A stretch of 62,072 nt of DNA, filler included, from a candidate division TA06 bacterium SM23_40 (GTDB taxonomy: Bacteria; LJUI01; SM1-40): assembly GCA_001303705.1 (NCBI GenBank). It is 5 parts of 5 records of this genome, joined end to end, with 100 filler letters (N's around TTAATTAATTAA, not from the genome) between each part and the next. Parts side by side here need not be neighbours in the genome. Positions count along the whole stretch, not along the records: positions 36,890 to 45,341 come from LJUI01000111.1; positions 45,442 to 53,720 come from LJUI01000112.1; 3 more parts are not named here. One strand, 5' to 3'. Below, in pieces: positions 37,434-47,278 of this stretch. Made by a program: the position numbers and the translations under genes. Position 1 is the first letter of the stretch; the number at the start of each line of letters is the position of its first letter. Under the pieces are notes generated by a model. It worked only from the letters and a program-made list of their open reading frames with translations. It made no database searches and was not told the DNA's origin.

Positions 37434-38756
37434 ATGCGGGCGAGACGAGTCCTCATCATGGGGGCGGCAGGGCGCGATTTCCACAACTTCAACGTCTGTT
37501 TTCGAGACGATGAACGGTACGAAGTAGTCGGCTTCACCGCTACGCAGATCCCGAACATCGTCGACCGTTCATATCCACCCGCGCTGGCCGGGCCGCGCTA
37601 TCCTCAGGGCATTCCGATCTATGATGAGGAGGAGCTCCCTCTGTTGATCGCATCCCGTGACGTCGATCTTGTCATCTTCGCGTACAGCGACGTCACACAC
37701 GAACATGTCATGCATCAGGCGTCGATCGCGCTGGCGGCGGGCGCTGACTTCGAGATTCTCGGCCCCCGGCGAACGATGCTGGCCAGTCGAGTCCCCGTCG
37801 TATCAGTGTGTGCCGTCCGTACAGGGAGCGGGAAGAGTCAGACGACGCGGCGCATCAGCGATCTGCTAAAGTCCAGAGGGAAGCGCGTCGTAGTCGTGCG
37901 CCACCCTATGCCGTATGGTGATCTTGGCGAACAGGCTGTCCAGCGGTTCGAGACGAGGGAAGATCTCGATGCCTACCGGTGCACGATCGAGGAGCGCGAG
38001 GAGTACGAGCCCCATCTCGAGCGCGGGACCGTCGTGTACGCTGGCGTCGACTACGGGAAGATACTCGCTCGCGCCGAAGCCGAGGCAGAGATCATTCTCT
38101 GGGATGGGGGCAACAACGATATGCCCTTCTACCGCCCTGATCTCTACGTGGTGGTGACAGACCCGCACCGTGCAGGCCATGGGATGCGCTACCATCCTGG
38201 CGAGGCCAACCTGAGAAGCGCGGATGTCGTGGTGATCAACAAGGAAGATTCCGCCTCCCGGGAACAGATCGACAGAGTCCGCGAGACGATTGCGCGTCTG
38301 GCCCCGCATGCAACAGTGATCGACGCGGCTTCTCCCATCTCTATTGACGACGAGTCGATCATCCGAGGAAAGCGCGTGCTCGTCATTGAAGATGGTCCGA
38401 CCCTGACCCATGGGGAGATGACCTTCGGTGCAGGGACCCTGGCCGCCCGTGCGGCAGGGGCGGCAGAGATAGTCGATCCGCGGCCGTATGCGGTTGGGAG
38501 CATAAAAGAGATATTCGAACAGTACCCCGACCTCGCCTGCCTTCTGCCTGCGATGGGGTACGGCGCCGATCAGGTCCGCGAGCTCGAGGAGACGATTGCC
38601 AAAGTGCCGAGCGATACCGTAATCATCGCCACGCCTGTCGATCTCAGGAAGATCATTTCTCTCGATAGGCCGGCTGCCAGGGTCACCTACGAGCTCAGGG
38701 AGATCGGGAGCCCGAATCTGGAGATGGTCATCGACGAATTTCTGGAGCGCCTGTGA
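37434..38756 (+). CDS. arcE: Arginine synthetase-like P-loop protein (family often annotated as GTPase or cyclic 2,3-DPG synthetase)
   Basis: GAAGRDFHNFN, AVRTGSGKSQT, RHPMPYGDL, EEREEYE, WDGGNND and EDGPTLTHG; overlaps the carbamate kinase start. Confidence 0.75.
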   Translation: MRARRVLIMGAAGRDFHNFNVCFRDDERYEVVGFTATQIPNIVDRSYPPALAGPRYPQGIPIYDEEELPLLIASRDVDLVIFAYSDVTHEHVMHQASIALAAGADFEILGPRRTMLASRVPVVSVCAVRTGSGKSQTTRRISDLLKSRGKRVVVVRHPMPYGDLGEQAVQRFETREDLDAYRCTIEEREEYEPHLERGTVVYAGVDYGKILARAEAEAEIILWDGGNNDMPFYRPDLYVVVTDPHRAGHGMRYHPGEANLRSADVVVINKEDSASREQIDRVRETIARLAPHATVIDAASPISIDDESIIRGKRVLVIEDGPTLTHGEMTFGAGTLAARAAGAAEIVDPRPYAVGSIKEIFEQYPDLACLLPAMGYGADQVRELEETIAKVPSDTVIIATPVDLRKIISLDRPAARVTYELREIGSPNLEMVIDEFLERL

Positions 38757-39709
38757 TGCAGACAGCTGTCGTCGCGCTGGGGGGCAATGCCATTACCGGG
38801 CAGAGCGATACGGGGACGATTCCGGAGCAGTTCGCTCGAACGATGGAGAGTCTTGCCAGCGTCGCCCGACTGGCCCGGGAGGGCTGCAATCTGGTGATCA
38901 CTCACGGGAATGGCCCCCAGGTGGGCAATGCGCTGCTTCGCGTGGAAATGACGCGGAACCGTGTCTACCCGTTGCCGTTGTCCATTATCGACGCGGACAT
39001 ACAGGGCGGGATGGGCTATATGATTCAGCAGTGTCTTGGCCGACGCCTGGCGCAGGAGGGGATCGACCGCCGTGTGGTGACTGTGGTGACTCAGGTTGTA
39101 GTCGATCGTAACGATCCTTCCCTGAGCAATCCGACAAAGCCGATTGGCCCGTTCTACGACGATGCTGACGTGCCGGAGCTCCGCGATCTCGGGTGGGTGG
39201 TCCGTGAGGATGCCGGTCGGGGGTATCGACGATTCGTTCCCTCTCCCGTCCCTCTCAGGATCGTGGAGCGGGAGACGATCCGGCTCCTCGTGGAGAACGG
39301 CGTCATTGTGATTGCCGCAGGAGGAGGTGGGGTGCCGGTCATAGAGGAGGATGATGGGAGTCTGACGGGGGTTGAGGGAGTCATCGATAAGGATCGAGCG
39401 TCCGTTATCCTCGCCCGTGACGTCGATGCCGATTTGCTCCTCTTTCTCACGGACGTCGATCAAGTAGCACTCAATTACGGAACTCCGCAGCAGCAGGATC
39501 TGGAAACCCTTACCTCAGATGATGCCCGCCGGTACCTGTCCGAGGGCCATTTCCCGCCCGGGAGCATGGGGCCGAAGATCGAGGCGGCGATCGAGTTTCT
39601 GGAGTCGGGCGGGGAAGTGGCTATCGTCACTTCCATTGATCAGGCCTCGCAGGCAGTGGATGGTTCGGCAGGAACGCGGATCGTGGGGAGTCCGCGCGGC
39701 AGGGGGTAG
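38756..39709 (+). CDS. arcC: Carbamate kinase
   Basis: ALGGNA, THGNGPQVG, PTKPIG, GGGGVPV, VIDKD and GSMGPK. Confidence 0.95.
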   Translation: MQTAVVALGGNAITGQSDTGTIPEQFARTMESLASVARLAREGCNLVITHGNGPQVGNALLRVEMTRNRVYPLPLSIIDADIQGGMGYMIQQCLGRRLAQEGIDRRVVTVVTQVVVDRNDPSLSNPTKPIGPFYDDADVPELRDLGWVVREDAGRGYRRFVPSPVPLRIVERETIRLLVENGVIVIAAGGGGVPVIEEDDGSLTGVEGVIDKDRASVILARDVDADLLLFLTDVDQVALNYGTPQQQDLETLTSDDARRYLSEGHFPPGSMGPKIEAAIEFLESGGEVAIVTSIDQASQAVDGSAGTRIVGSPRGRG

Positions 39710-39793
39710 CGAGGGGCCGGGGTGCGGAGTGGGGCAGATCCGCGCGGGAACTTGAACCGAGTGAGGCCGTGTTTTTCCAAGGGAGGAAAAGCG

Positions 39794-40933
39794 GTGAAGA
39801 TCCATGAATATCAGGCCAAGGAACTCTTTGCACGACAGGGGATTCCCATCCCCGAGGGCCGAATTGCGTCGACGCCCGATGAGGCGGAGGCGATCGCCCG
39901 CGACCTGGGAAGGCCGGTAGTCGTGAAGGCTCAGGTCCACGTCGGGGGACGGGGAAAGGCCGGCGGGATCAAGATCGCCAGGGATCCCAAGGAGGCGAGG
40001 CAGGTTGCGAGTCGGATCCTGGGGATGGAGATCAAGGGGCTTGTGGTGCGGAAGGTGCTTGTGGCCGAGGCTATCGATATCGCGAGTGAGGCGTATGTGG
40101 GGATCATCATCGACAGAAAGACAGAACGGCCGGTGATAATGGTCTCCAGGGAAGGGGGCATTGACATCGAGGAGGTTGCGAAGAAATCTCCCGAGAAGAT
40201 CTACAAGCTCGTGATCGATCCGCTGCTGGGTCTCGCTCCGTTCCAGGCTCGTCAGTTGGCGTTTCGGCTGTATGACGACGCAGCGACGTCAAAAAGTGCG
40301 GCGAGTATCATCAGCAAGCTGTATGCCGCCTTCATCGAAGTCGACGCGTCCCTCGCGGAGATCAACCCGCTAGTCGTGACAGGCAAGGGTGAGGTGATTG
40401 CACTTGACGCAAAGATTAACATAGATGACAATGGGCTATTCAGGAGGAAAGAGATTGAGGCGATGCGCGATCTCGATGCCGAGGCGCCGGGGGAGGTGAA
40501 GGCGAGGGAGAACGGGCTGAGCTACATCAAGCTCGAGGGGAACGTCGGCTGCGTGGTCAACGGAGCTGGATTGGCCATGGCGACGATGGACCTGATCAAG
40601 CGCGCAGGTGGCGAGCCCGCCAACTTCCTCGATATCGGCGGGAGCTCGAGCCCCGAGAAGGTGACCGCGGCAATGGAGATACTCCTCTCAGACAAGAACG
40701 TCCGGTCGGTCTTCTTCAACATCTTCGGGGGCATCACCCGTTGCGACGACGTCGCCAAGGGCATCATCCTCGCCCTTGAACAGATGAAGATCGATCTTCC
40801 CATCGTCATCAGATTGACGGGCACGAATGAAGAGATAGCCCGGGAGATCCTGAGCGAGACAGATCTCATCTCCGTGGGTTCGATGGAGGATGGTGCGGCG
40901 AAGGCGATCGAGCTTGCGTCAGAGCCCCACTAG
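39794..40933 (+). CDS. sucC: Succinyl-CoA synthetase beta subunit
   Basis: KIHEYQAKE, GGRGKAGG, EINPL, NGAGLAMATMD and NIFGGITRCD. Confidence 0.96.
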   Translation: MKIHEYQAKELFARQGIPIPEGRIASTPDEAEAIARDLGRPVVVKAQVHVGGRGKAGGIKIARDPKEARQVASRILGMEIKGLVVRKVLVAEAIDIASEAYVGIIIDRKTERPVIMVSREGGIDIEEVAKKSPEKIYKLVIDPLLGLAPFQARQLAFRLYDDAATSKSAASIISKLYAAFIEVDASLAEINPLVVTGKGEVIALDAKINIDDNGLFRRKEIEAMRDLDAEAPGEVKARENGLSYIKLEGNVGCVVNGAGLAMATMDLIKRAGGEPANFLDIGGSSSPEKVTAAMEILLSDKNVRSVFFNIFGGITRCDDVAKGIILALEQMKIDLPIVIRLTGTNEEIAREILSETDLISVGSMEDGAAKAIELASEPH

Positions 40934-40981
40934 CTCAGAGAAGAAGCCTGGCAGACCTGCCGATGCATTCGAGGTGAAACG

Positions 40982-41848
40982 GTGAGCATACTAGTCGACG
41001 AAGCAACGCGCGTTGTGGTTCAGGGAATCACGGGCCGGGATGGTTCATTCCACACGGCTCAAATGGTCGCGTACGGGACAAACGTCGTTGCCGGCGTTAC
41101 CCCGGGAAAGGGAGGACAGCGGGTCGATGGCGTGCCAGTCTTCAATACGGTCCGAGAGGCTGTTGAGAAAGAGGGCGCCAATACCTCTGTCGTCTACGTG
41201 CCTGCCGCGTTCAGTCCGGACGCGATTCTCGAGGCAGCCGATGCAGGCATCACTGTGGTAGTCTGCATCAGCGAGGGGATCCCCACCATCGATATGGTGC
41301 GGGTGTGCCGCTATCTGGAGGGGACATCGACTCGGCTTGTCGGCCCGAATTCGCCGGGACTGATCAGTCCCGGAAAGACGAAGGTCGGCATCATGCCCGG
41401 CCACATCCATGCGCCGGGGCCTGTCGGAGTCGTTTCTCGTAGTGGTACGTTGACATATGAGATCGTCCACCAACTCACGAAGGCCGAGATCGGCGAGTCG
41501 ACGTGCATTGGAATCGGCGGCGATCCGATCATCGGCACCGACTTTATCGATTGCCTCGAGTTGTTCCAGGCGGATCCGGAGACGAAAGCGGTGGTGCTCA
41601 TCGGGGAGATCGGTGGGACAGCTGAGGAGGAGGCCTGTCAATTCATTGTCGAAAAGATGACCAAGCCGGTCATCGGTTTCATCGCCGGCAGGACGGCGCC
41701 CCCGGGGAAGAGGATGGGCCACGCTGGTGCGATCATCTCCGGTGGAACGGGGACGGCGAAGGAGAAGATCGAGGCGATGAACGCCGCCAAGGTGGCGGTG
41801 GCCGAGACGCCGAGCGAGGTAGCTCTGCTGGCGAAGGATCTCGTCTAG
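40982..41848 (+). CDS. sucD: Succinyl-CoA synthetase alpha subunit
   Basis: [22 protein letters not shown] and MGHAGA. Confidence 0.96.
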   Translation: MSILVDEATRVVVQGITGRDGSFHTAQMVAYGTNVVAGVTPGKGGQRVDGVPVFNTVREAVEKEGANTSVVYVPAAFSPDAILEAADAGITVVVCISEGIPTIDMVRVCRYLEGTSTRLVGPNSPGLISPGKTKVGIMPGHIHAPGPVGVVSRSGTLTYEIVHQLTKAEIGESTCIGIGGDPIIGTDFIDCLELFQADPETKAVVLIGEIGGTAEEEACQFIVEKMTKPVIGFIAGRTAPPGKRMGHAGAIISGGTGTAKEKIEAMNAAKVAVAETPSEVALLAKDLV

Positions 41849-41875
41849 GCGGCAACCAGCGAGGAGGTTCAGACC

Positions 41876-42184
41876 GTGAAGTTCTGGCGTACGCCGCTCG
41901 ATAGTGACCGGGTGAAGGTTCCTCATGGGAGGATCCACATCATCGTAGAACGGTGTAAAGGTTGCGCCTACTGTGTTGAGTTCTGCCCCAGAGACGTGCT
42001 GGAGATGTCGACGGAATACAACCAGAAGGGTTACCATCCACCGTATGTCAAGGTCGAGGATGACTGCGTCAACTGTCGATTGTGCGAACTACTCTGTCCC
42101 GAGTTTGCGATCTTCTGTACGTTGAAGGAAGAGGAAGAGGTTGGAAACAAGGAGGAGGTCGGACACGTTGAAAGCCGATCCTAA
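41876..42184 (+). CDS. korD: 2x[4Fe-4S] ferredoxin / 2-oxoacid:ferredoxin oxidoreductase delta subunit
   Basis: CKGCAYCVEFCP and CVNCRLCELLCP. Confidence 0.85.
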   Translation: MKFWRTPLDSDRVKVPHGRIHIIVERCKGCAYCVEFCPRDVLEMSTEYNQKGYHPPYVKVEDDCVNCRLCELLCPEFAIFCTLKEEEEVGNKEEVGHVESRS

Positions 42185-43325
42185 AGGGGTGCTCACAGGA
42201 GAGCACTATCTCGATGGCGACCATGCCTGCGCCGAGGGAGGCCTCGCTGCCGGCTGCCGGTTCTTCGCAGGATATCCCATTACACCTTCCACCGAGGTCG
42301 CAGAGCGGATCGCGGAACGCTTCCCGATGGTCGGAGGCATATTCATCCAGATGGAGGACGAGCTTGCCTCGATGTGCGCACTCATCGGTGCTTCGTGGGC
42401 AGGGGCGAAGTCGATGAGCGTCACATCGGGACCCGGGTTCTCTCTGATGATGGAGAATCTGGGGCTGGCGGCGATGATGGAGACTCCGTGTGTGCTGGTC
42501 AATGTGCAGCGGGGCGGGCCGTCGACAGGATTGCCCACGCTTCCCGGGCAGGCGGACATGATGCAGGCGAGGTGGGGCTCCCATGGCGACTATGAGATCA
42601 TCGCCATTTCGCCCAGTTCTCCCCAGGAGTGCTTCGATTTCGTGATCGACGCATTCAATCTGTCGGAGCAGTGGAGGGTTCCGGTTCTCGTCATGACCGA
42701 CGAATGCGTGGGGCACATGACCGAGAAAGTCGTGATTCCGCCTGCATACGAGATAGAGGTCGTTCCCCGGAGGTACACCACGCTCCCTCCGAGCGAATAC
42801 CTTCCGTACAGGCCGGACCCCGATATGGTGCCGCAGATGATCAAGGCGGGCGACGGATACAGGATTCATACCACTGGTCTCACTCATGATGAGCGCGGGT
42901 ACCCGGTGATGAGCGCCGAGTGTCAGGAGCAGCTCGTCAGGCGGCTTGTAGAGAAGATACGCCTCCACGCCGACCAGATCATTCGGTTTGAAGAGGATGA
43001 GATAGAAGATGCTGATGTAGTAGTTGTCTCCTACGGCATCAGCTCGCGCGTGGCAGTGCGTGCGATCGCGCTCGCGAGGAAGGAAGGGATCAAGGTAGGA
43101 CACCTGAGGCTCATTGTCGTTTGGCCATTTCCTGAGAAGCGGATTCATGAACTCGCGAAGAAGATCAAAGCATTCGTGGTAGTCGAAATCAACTACGGCC
43201 AGATGGTGTACGAGGTTGAGCGGTGTGCGCACGGTCAGGCTGAGGCGATCCTGGTGCCGCACGGCGGAGGATGGGTGCACGATCCGGCCGATATTCTCGA
43301 AAAGATCAAGGAGGCAGCGCGATGA
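42168..43325 (+). CDS. korA: 2-oxoacid:ferredoxin oxidoreductase alpha subunit
   Basis: GYPITP, QMEDE, TSGPGFSL and QRGGPSTG; TTG start with GGAGG. Confidence 0.9.
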   Translation: MKADPKGVLTGEHYLDGDHACAEGGLAAGCRFFAGYPITPSTEVAERIAERFPMVGGIFIQMEDELASMCALIGASWAGAKSMSVTSGPGFSLMMENLGLAAMMETPCVLVNVQRGGPSTGLPTLPGQADMMQARWGSHGDYEIIAISPSSPQECFDFVIDAFNLSEQWRVPVLVMTDECVGHMTEKVVIPPAYEIEVVPRRYTTLPPSEYLPYRPDPDMVPQMIKAGDGYRIHTTGLTHDERGYPVMSAECQEQLVRRLVEKIRLHADQIIRFEEDEIEDADVVVVSYGISSRVAVRAIALARKEGIKVGHLRLIVVWPFPEKRIHELAKKIKAFVVVEINYGQMVYEVERCAHGQAEAILVPHGGGWVHDPADILEKIKEAAR

Positions 43326-44209
43326 GTAACGGGAAGCCCTCAGAAGAACACCACCCTATGGAAGCGCTGCTGCGCATGGATCGAATCCCTCACATATGGT
43401 GCTCTACGTGCGGCTTGGGCACCTCAGTGAGTGCATTCGCCCTTGCTCTGGAGGACCTCCAGTACGACCTGGACAAGATCTGCATCGTCTCCGGCATCGG
43501 ATGTACGGGAAGAGTGGCCGGATACGTGAAGCTCGATAGCTTCCACGCGACACATGGGAGGGCTATTCCCTTCGCGACCGGACTCAAGCTCGCCAACCCC
43601 CAACTCAAGGTGGTGGTCTTTAGCGGCGATGGCGATCTGATCGCTATCGGCGGGAATCACTTCATCCACGCCGCGCGGCGGAACATGGACCTCACGGTCA
43701 TCTGCGTCAACAATTTCATCTACGCCATGACCGGCGGCCAGGTCGCTCCTACGAGTCCGCTGGGTGCGAGCTGCTCGACGACGCCATACGGAAACTACGA
43801 GCGTCCGTTCAATATCCCGCATCTCGCGGAGTCGTGCGGCGCGGTATATGTGGCCCGGTGGACTGCTCTCCATCTGCGGCGGACTGCGAAGTCGATAGCC
43901 GAGGCGATGCGGAAGCCGGGGTTCTCTGTCGTCGAGATCATCTGTCCCTGCTCGACGCTCTACGCCAGGCGGAACCGGCTGGGAGATGGCCTCGAGTTGA
44001 TGAAGTTTTACCACGAGAACAGCATCATCAAGCACGGCGCTGACCCACGGGATGTCGACATCGACTTTCAGAGTCCGATCGTCGTCGGGAAGTTCGTCGA
44101 CAGAGACCGTCCCACATTCATAGACGGATACAACAGGGCGATGACGGCAAAGCTGGGCGAGAAGTTCGAGCCATACGGCGTTGCTCCTGCGGAGGTGCAC
44201 GATGGCTGA
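43322..44209 (+). CDS. korB: 2-oxoacid:ferredoxin oxidoreductase beta subunit
   Basis: WCSTCG, SGIGC, HGR and the GDGD...NN TPP motif. Confidence 0.9.
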   Translation: MSNGKPSEEHHPMEALLRMDRIPHIWCSTCGLGTSVSAFALALEDLQYDLDKICIVSGIGCTGRVAGYVKLDSFHATHGRAIPFATGLKLANPQLKVVVFSGDGDLIAIGGNHFIHAARRNMDLTVICVNNFIYAMTGGQVAPTSPLGASCSTTPYGNYERPFNIPHLAESCGAVYVARWTALHLRRTAKSIAEAMRKPGFSVVEIICPCSTLYARRNRLGDGLELMKFYHENSIIKHGADPRDVDIDFQSPIVVGKFVDRDRPTFIDGYNRAMTAKLGEKFEPYGVAPAEVHDG

Positions 44210-44765
44210 GATCCGTGTGACAGGTTTCGGCGGTCAGGGGATCATCCGTCTCGGATATATCATCGGCAAGGCGGCCTCGCTCTATGGGCAACAACATGCC
44301 ACGCTCACCCAGAGCTTCGGGCCCGAGGCGAGGGGGAGCGCCTGCAGCGCTCAGGTCGTCGTCTCAGACATGCCGGTACTCTATCCGTACATAACGCGGC
44401 CCGACATCCTGGTCGCGATGTCCCAGGAGGCGTACGGGAAGTATATCGACAACCTGAAGGAAGGCGGGCAGTTGCTGTTCGATCAAGACCTGGTGAGCAC
44501 CGGGGAGCTTCCGAAGTCGGTGAAGGCGTTCTCCATTCCCGCCACGCGCCTGGCCGAAGAGATGGGCAACAGGATCATCGCCAACATCGTCATGCTCGGA
44601 TTCTTCACCGCCGTGACGGGCCTGATCGAACCTGAGGCGGTGCGGAAGGCGATTCCGGGATCAGTTCCGGATCGATTCGTTGAGCTGAACCAGAAGGCGT
44701 TCGATGTTGGATACAATTATGTCAAGGAGGGCGCGGTGGTCGCCCCGCCAGAGGACAGGTCGTAG
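44202..44765 (+). CDS. korC: 2-oxoacid:ferredoxin oxidoreductase gamma subunit
   Basis: GFGGQG, GPEARG and NIVMLG. Confidence 0.88.
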   Translation: MAEIRVTGFGGQGIIRLGYIIGKAASLYGQQHATLTQSFGPEARGSACSAQVVVSDMPVLYPYITRPDILVAMSQEAYGKYIDNLKEGGQLLFDQDLVSTGELPKSVKAFSIPATRLAEEMGNRIIANIVMLGFFTAVTGLIEPEAVRKAIPGSVPDRFVELNQKAFDVGYNYVKEGAVVAPPEDRS

Positions 44766-44844
44766 ACCGCTCTGTGTCGGCCCCGGGTACAGTATCGGAT
44801 TCGATTCTCTGTAGAGCAGGCATGTCAGCTTTTGGGAGGGCCTG

Positions 44845-45341
44845 ATGGAGAAGGGAGTTCTGGTCATCGGTGGTGGCATCAGCGGGATGCAGGCAGCCCT
44901 TGACCTGGCCAATTCAGATATCAAAGTCCATCTGGTGGAGAGGTCGCCGTCGATCGGCGGGATGATGGCGCGACTCGACAAGACCTTCCCCAGCATGGAC
45001 TGCGCGATATGAATGCTCGGCCCGAAGATGATGGATGTCGGTCGACATCCGAACATCACACTCTGGATGTATAGTGAAGTAGTTGGGCTCGGGGGTGAGG
45101 CGGGAGACTTCACCGCCGGAGTACGGCGGCGTGCCACCTTTGTCGATTGGGATAAGTGCACAGGCTGTGCAGCATGCGGCGACGTTTGCCCGGTGAAGAT
45201 GTGGAATGAGTTCGAGAGCGGCCTGTCCCGGCGCGCAGCCATCTACCGGCCGTTTCCTCAGGCCGTTCCCAACAAATTCGTCATCGACCGTCAGGGCACC
45301 CCGCCCTGTCAGGCCGCCTGTCCCCTGCACGTGAATGCGCA
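44845..45341 (+). CDS. hdrA: Heterodisulfide reductase A-like (HdrA/HdrL) selenoprotein, 3' truncated
   Basis: [28 protein letters not shown] with TGA at 45010-45012 where HdrA normally has Cys; [20 protein letters not shown]. Confidence 0.9.
45027..45057 (+). promoter_or_regulatory. Bacterial SECIS element
   Basis: GGATGTC-GGTC-GACATCC perfect stem with a GGU loop 27 nt after the UGA; lower GATG/CATC pairing. Confidence 0.75.
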
Positions 45342-45441
45342 NNNNNNNNNNNNNNNNNNNNNNNNNNNNNNNNNNNNNNNNNNNNTTAATTAATTAANNN
45401 NNNNNNNNNNNNNNNNNNNNNNNNNNNNNNNNNNNNNNNNN
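45342..45441. other. Artificial contig spacer
   Basis: N + TTAATTAATTAA + N. Confidence 0.97.
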
Positions 45442-46411
45442 CGATGCGCAATCCCTCGGCCCGCCTCACCAGCTCGGCAAGGAGCTCGTCGTGGATACCC
45501 GCCTGGACGATGAGGCGGCTGGTGGCGGTGCAGCGCTGGCCGGTCGTGCCGAATGCCCCCCAGAGAGCCCCTTCGATCGCCAGATCGATACTGGCATCGT
45601 CCATGACGATCTGGGCGTTTTTCCCTCCCAGTTCGAGGGAGCACCGCTTCAGCGTCTTCCCCGTCACTTCGGCGATCCGGCGCCCCACCACGCTCGATCC
45701 GGTGAACGAGACGACGCCGATCCCGGGATGCGCGAGGATCGCCTCTCCCACCTCCCGTCCGGTCCCGTGGACCAGGTTGACGGCGCCTTTGGGAATGCCC
45801 GCCTCATCGAGGATCTCGACGAGCTTCGCCGCCGATGCGGGGGTATCAGAGGCCGGCTTCAATACGACAGTGTTCCCGCAGAGAAGTGCAGGAAATGCCT
45901 TCCACGTGGGTATGGCGATAGGAAAGTTCCAGGGCGTAATGAGCCCGGCAACGCCAATCGGACGGCGGAAGGTGATGCAGACCTTGTTCGGCAGCTCAGA
46001 GGGGGAGGTCTCCCCAAACAGCCTCCGCCCCTCGCCAAAGGCGTAGAAGGCAGTATCGATCCCCTCCTGGACATCTCCCCGCGTCTCCTTGAGCACCTTC
46101 CCCATCTCGCGCGTCATGAGACTCGCCAGCTCTTCCTTCCGCTCGACCATCAGCTCGCCCACGCGCCGGAATATCTCCCCCCGCTTGGGCGCCGGCGTGT
46201 CCCGCCAGGCGGGGAACGCCGCCTTCGCAGCATCTACTGCCTTCGCCACATCCGGAGCCCCTGACCGCGGGAAGATCCCCACTACCTCGTCCCAGTTGGC
46301 GGGATTCCGATTTTCGAATGTCTTTCCTGACTTCGCATCGACCCAGGATCCGGCCACAAAGTTCTTGTACGCTTCTGGCACTCGGACGTCCTCCTTGCTG
46401 AGCTGCGTCAT
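45442..46411 (-). CDS. Aldehyde dehydrogenase family protein (3' truncated)
   Basis: ITPWNFP, LKPA, FTGS, LELGGKN and GQRCTA. Confidence 0.93.
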
Positions 46412-46699
46412 TCGCTGCGATCGCGGTCAAGCGGCTGCGATCACGCCGATCCGGCCGTGCACATTCCACCCTGACCGCGCTTCTGTGCTTTCTTCGCATG
46501 TACTCGGTGCTCCGGCCGCCCGCTATCGCCAGGCCATTCCGCCTCACGCAAAACCGGATCGCCTGCAGAGCAGCATGCCGCCTCAGAGGAGCGATCGCGG
46601 GGTGGGACGGTTCGTCTGCAACCATCGAGTATTTAACAGCGTTAGCAGAATTCCCACACACTGTCAAGGAAAATCGCCCGATGACGCTGCCAGACCCGG

Positions 46700-46812
46700 T
46701 GTAACAGGAGCGTGACAATGTCCTATTCGGGCAAAATAGGACATTTCTGTTTTGCTAAGAACCGGACATTTCTATTTTGCTAAAAACCGGACATTTCTGT
46801 TTGGCTTTGACA
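46700..46812 (+). mobile_element. 113-bp MITE-like element with IS1202/ISNCY-type ends
   Basis: TGTAAC...TTTGACA ends; three copies of GGACATTTCTRTTT(T/G)GCT; degenerate 17-bp flanking repeat (46683-46699 / 46813-46829, 12/17 identical). Confidence 0.72.
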
Positions 46813-47067
46813 GACGTTGCCGGATCCCCTTGACCCCTCCCGATCTGAGGAGTAAACTCCGGGGACGGGGCGGCATCTCATGGCCGTTTCGTACGCACAA
46901 CTCGCGAGGAAGATCGTCTGACGACGATTGGAGGGGCCGAGCAACTGCGGCCGCATGGCGAAGCGTTGTCCGGGCGCAGCCTCATCCCGTCCGCGGCGAC
47001 GTCCATAGACACCTCTTCCGCGCCGGCATCGCGAGAACCCTGCAACCGGAGAGGCCGGCGACGATAA

Positions 47068-47237
47068 CAAGGCCGGGATCACAACAACACCGCGGTCACG
47101 GCAACACCGCGGTCACGGCAACACCGCAATCTCAGCAACACCGCAATCTCGGCAACACTGGGACCACGACAACACCGGGATCATAACAACACCGCGATCA
47201 TGACAAGGCCGCGATCAGACAATACCGTGATCACGAT
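47068..47237. repeat. Ten-unit 17-bp tandem repeat (consensus about CAACACCGCGATCACGA)
   Basis: Parsed by eye; lies upstream of the gene starting at 47279. Confidence 0.85.
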
Positions 47238-47278
47238 AACCTCGAAGCCTCATCACAGTCACACGGGGAGGGAAAACG

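Noticed and set aside
36890-46411. ALDH N-terminal piece (45442-46411) and ALDH C-terminal piece (36890-37325) as halves of one gene
   Set aside because: Lengths would fit, but the subfamily motifs disagree: the C-terminal piece is RocA/PruA-type, while the N-terminal piece has GAFGTTGQRCTA rather than the RocA-type SAFGFSGQKCSA.
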